Positions 33,984 to 36,656 of a DNA stretch of 36,656 nt are shown here, one piece after another. The notes beneath the pieces were generated by a model. It was given only the letters and a program-made list of their open reading frames with translations, ran no database searches and had not been told where the DNA came from. A program made the translations under genes and the position numbers. The stretch is from Catajapyx aquilonaris (lineage: Eukaryota), in NCBI GenBank assembly GCA_000934665.2, contig JYFJ02000031.1:186001-222656 (forward strand), in the 5' to 3' direction. How positions within the stretch are numbered: position 1 is the first letter of the stretch; each line of letters opens with the position of its first letter.

Positions 33984-36221
33984 TCATAAACTGGTGTCTT
34001 CAGTATGTCCTTCTTCCTTCTTCCTATTGGTTCTTTCCAGCTCGGCCACTGTTTCAGGTAGGTTCTTCCCTTTGGTTTCAGGTAAGAAGCAGCAGGCGAC
34101 AGCAGCAAAGCAAGCCATTCCTCCAAATACGGCTGATGGAATTGCGTAGTGGAATGCACTCTGCCAAATTAGTTAGGCGCTTTTTATTAATTGTTTATAT
34201 TGACAAGACAACTCATACTCACCAGGGAGTGGGACATGTAGGGTGATAAAATGCCACCGATTCTTGCAAACACAGATCCGGTTGCGATAGACGCAGTTCG
34301 GACCTCAGTGGGAAAGAGTTCGGCTGTGTACAGGTACACCAGGGTGAATGTCATGTCAATAAAACTACTGCATATCAGAGAGAGTACGATTGATAACCAT
34401 TCCAACTCTGAAATAAATGCAGGAAATCAGTCACGTACAGTATGCATAATAGGCAAAATGGCTTGTCGGTAATATTCTAATACTGAATTAATTATACAAT
34501 TAATACTGACCTTTAGGAACTGCCAGAATCAACAGCCCGGAAGCTCCTCCAATAAGAAAGCAAGCGAGAAAACTACTTCTTCTGCCTATCTTGTCCGGAA
34601 TTGGGTAGAAGATGATGGCGAATTTCGTTATGGCTATTGCACCTGCATTAATTCCGTAGGTCACATATATATTGAAAGGAAGTTTTGCAAAGTGGAATGT
34701 CATTCCGTACGACACGAAGGCTAAGGCGAACCAGCAAAAGTAAATGGGAATGCTCCTCCGACGCATCTCCCTTGTACGAATGGCAGATGCGCAAGTCAAA
34801 TTTATGGTGCAACAGGCTCCTGACTTTTGAGTCAATTCTACTTCTTCTTTCGTTGCATCAAATATATTCTTCAGAGTAGTTGAATTTGGTAGTTCAATTC
34901 TGTTCCACTTGGCTCCCTTCATGAGGATCTCCGCGGCCTCTGCGCGACGACCTCTGACCAGAAGCCATCTCGGGGATTCAGGGAGGACCCTTAGAAATGA
35001 AGAAATATTTTTACTGTATTGAAGACACAAGAATACCTGACTGATCATACCAGTACAAAATTCCACCAGAAAGGGTGGGAAGCCCTAATGCAATGAGCAG
35101 AGAACGCCAGTCTCTGAACAAATATGCCAAAAGGCAAGCTGCAAGTCTTCCAACAGCTGTCATTTGGTCAAAGACATATACTACCAATGTTCGTTTGTCA
35201 TCAGGACACAGCTCAGCCACTGAAAATATCAGGGAAGTAAGTTCAGCAGAATGGTCAGATTCACACAGGTTGAAAACAGTTTTGATACTGATTCGTGTGA
35301 CACATGTAGCAATTAAATGTACACGAAGTACACACCTAGAGAAAAGCAGCAACAATACATGCTGTACGTCATCCAGCCAAGGAAAAACCACATGATTCCT
35401 AGCATAATGTAATGAAAGGTAAACATAGTTCCCACAGTGGATATCATCATGAAAACAGTGGCCACTATAGCGCATCTGCGTCTTCCAAATCTGCAAAAAA
35501 ATAAACAGTAATGTGATCTTATTTCTTATGACCAACTTTAAATTAAAATGTATACTGTACCTATCTGATAGTGGGCCTATAAATATGGAACCAACCAGGA
35601 TTCCAAATACGTAAAGACTTTGGACCGTGGATAAGATGTGCAGTCGGTCGCAATACAGCTTCCACTATAAATGGCAAGAAGTGGTCATCCATGATTTTTG
35701 ATGAGGACAAAAACCCACCTCGGTGACAATTGTGTTACGAAAAGTGCTGTTATCGTAGTCCCATTCTTGGCAGCTGATGATCGGCGCATCATCAAGTTCA
35801 ACGTTGTTCATCTCTGAATGAAGCAATTCAGTGTAGTTTCTTTGGTACATATTGCACCTGTCATAAATCTTAGCTCCCAACTCCATACGGCTGAAAACAA
35901 GTCGAAAAAATGAATTGATCTAGATAACAATGTAAGTGAACAAGGTTACCTGGGTATAGCCACTTTTTTGATCTCGTTTGATGTCCATCCTGCTTCTGTA
36001 AGTTCTTCCACGTGACACCAATGGTCAGGAATGCCCCCGACAAAAACCAAGCCTTGTCGGTGTGACAACAATAATCCGGGGATCGAAGCCAGGAGCAACA
36101 CTGCCCAATGCCATCGCCCGAAATTGCCTGCTACTCTCAATGCCTCTTCTATTTTGGCACCCATACTGTCAAGGGTGTATCCAGACTGATTCCTCTCTCC
36201 CCACTTGACAACTTCAGTCAT
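33984..36221 (-). CDS. SLC22/organic cation transporter-like MFS protein, 8 coding exons
   Basis: Exons 36221 (or 36164)-35950, 35890-35719, 35664-35561, 35490-35336, 35219-35051, 34989-34511, 34407-34223, 34160-33984. Motifs GNFGRWH, DHWC, CQEWDYDNSTFRNTIVTEW.LYCD, SDRFGRR, PESPRWL, DKIGRR, YTAELFPTEVR and LPETKGKNLPET. Confidence 0.93.
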
Positions 36222-36617
36222 AAACTCATCCTTTCGATTGGAGAGGTCACGTTATGTCATCTGATTCGACACGGATGTCAATAACTGATGCTGGACCAAC
36301 ACACCGAGAATAATATGATACGTGTTTCGAAGGACACTCAATGTCTGCATGTTAATTTTCGAAGCAATGAAGAAGCGTATGTATATGTCTTATCGCAATT
36401 TATCTGATACATTTTGCACAACTTGCCATTAATATAGACTATCAATGTCCAACTTCATGGAACTACAGTATAAGACGATAGCGTGCAAAACAATTCTGAG
36501 AAGGTTTTCTGTGCTGACCACGACCTTGTACATTAGGTCAATATACTTGCAGGCTTGCAAGGTCACTATACCATCAATGTTACTCGTCTCAAGTGCGGAT
36601 GTGATACGACATAGAGA

Positions 36618-36656
36618 CAGGCGCGGATCCAGAAATGTTTTCAGGGGGGGGGGGCA
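36618..36656 (+). repeat. Possible start of an interspersed repeat cut by the window edge
   Basis: Abrupt CAGGCGCGGATCCAG followed by a G run, resembling ends of small invertebrate DNA elements. The other end is not visible. Confidence 0.35.

Noticed and set aside
1..36656. tRNA, rRNA, snoRNA genes and non-canonical (GC-AG or U12) introns
   Set aside because: None was recognisable by eye and all traced junctions are GT-AG. A covariance-model search (Infernal/Rfam, tRNAscan-SE) would be needed to exclude small RNAs.

Overview
Gene-dense eukaryotic (invertebrate, probably arthropod) genomic DNA with short canonical GT-AG introns; most entries in the ORF track are single exons or antisense artefacts. 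Gene order from my hand-spliced models: EMC3 (-), PRPF38A (+, head-to-head with EMC3), an unrecognised 3-exon gene for a 272-aa protein with an N-terminal hydrophobic segment and Gln-rich repeats (+), Hop2/PSMC3IP (+), four intact tandem DGAT2/MOGAT-family acyltransferase genes (+), EEA1 (-), a Ly6/quiver-type GPI-anchored three-finger gene (+), PPP4R2 (-) and an SLC22-like transporter (-). Introns and spacers hold many small transposon remnants, several with readable target-site duplications: a solo LTR nested in a truncated non-LTR retroelement, a 35-bp insertion of the same retroelement family, a Harbinger-type MITE with a nested 75-bp palindromic MITE, and Tc1/pogo- and hAT-type MITEs. The best candidates for something undescribed are the orphan gene and the four-copy acyltransferase array with its intron difference. 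All calls come from reading the sequence by eye; no database search was run.
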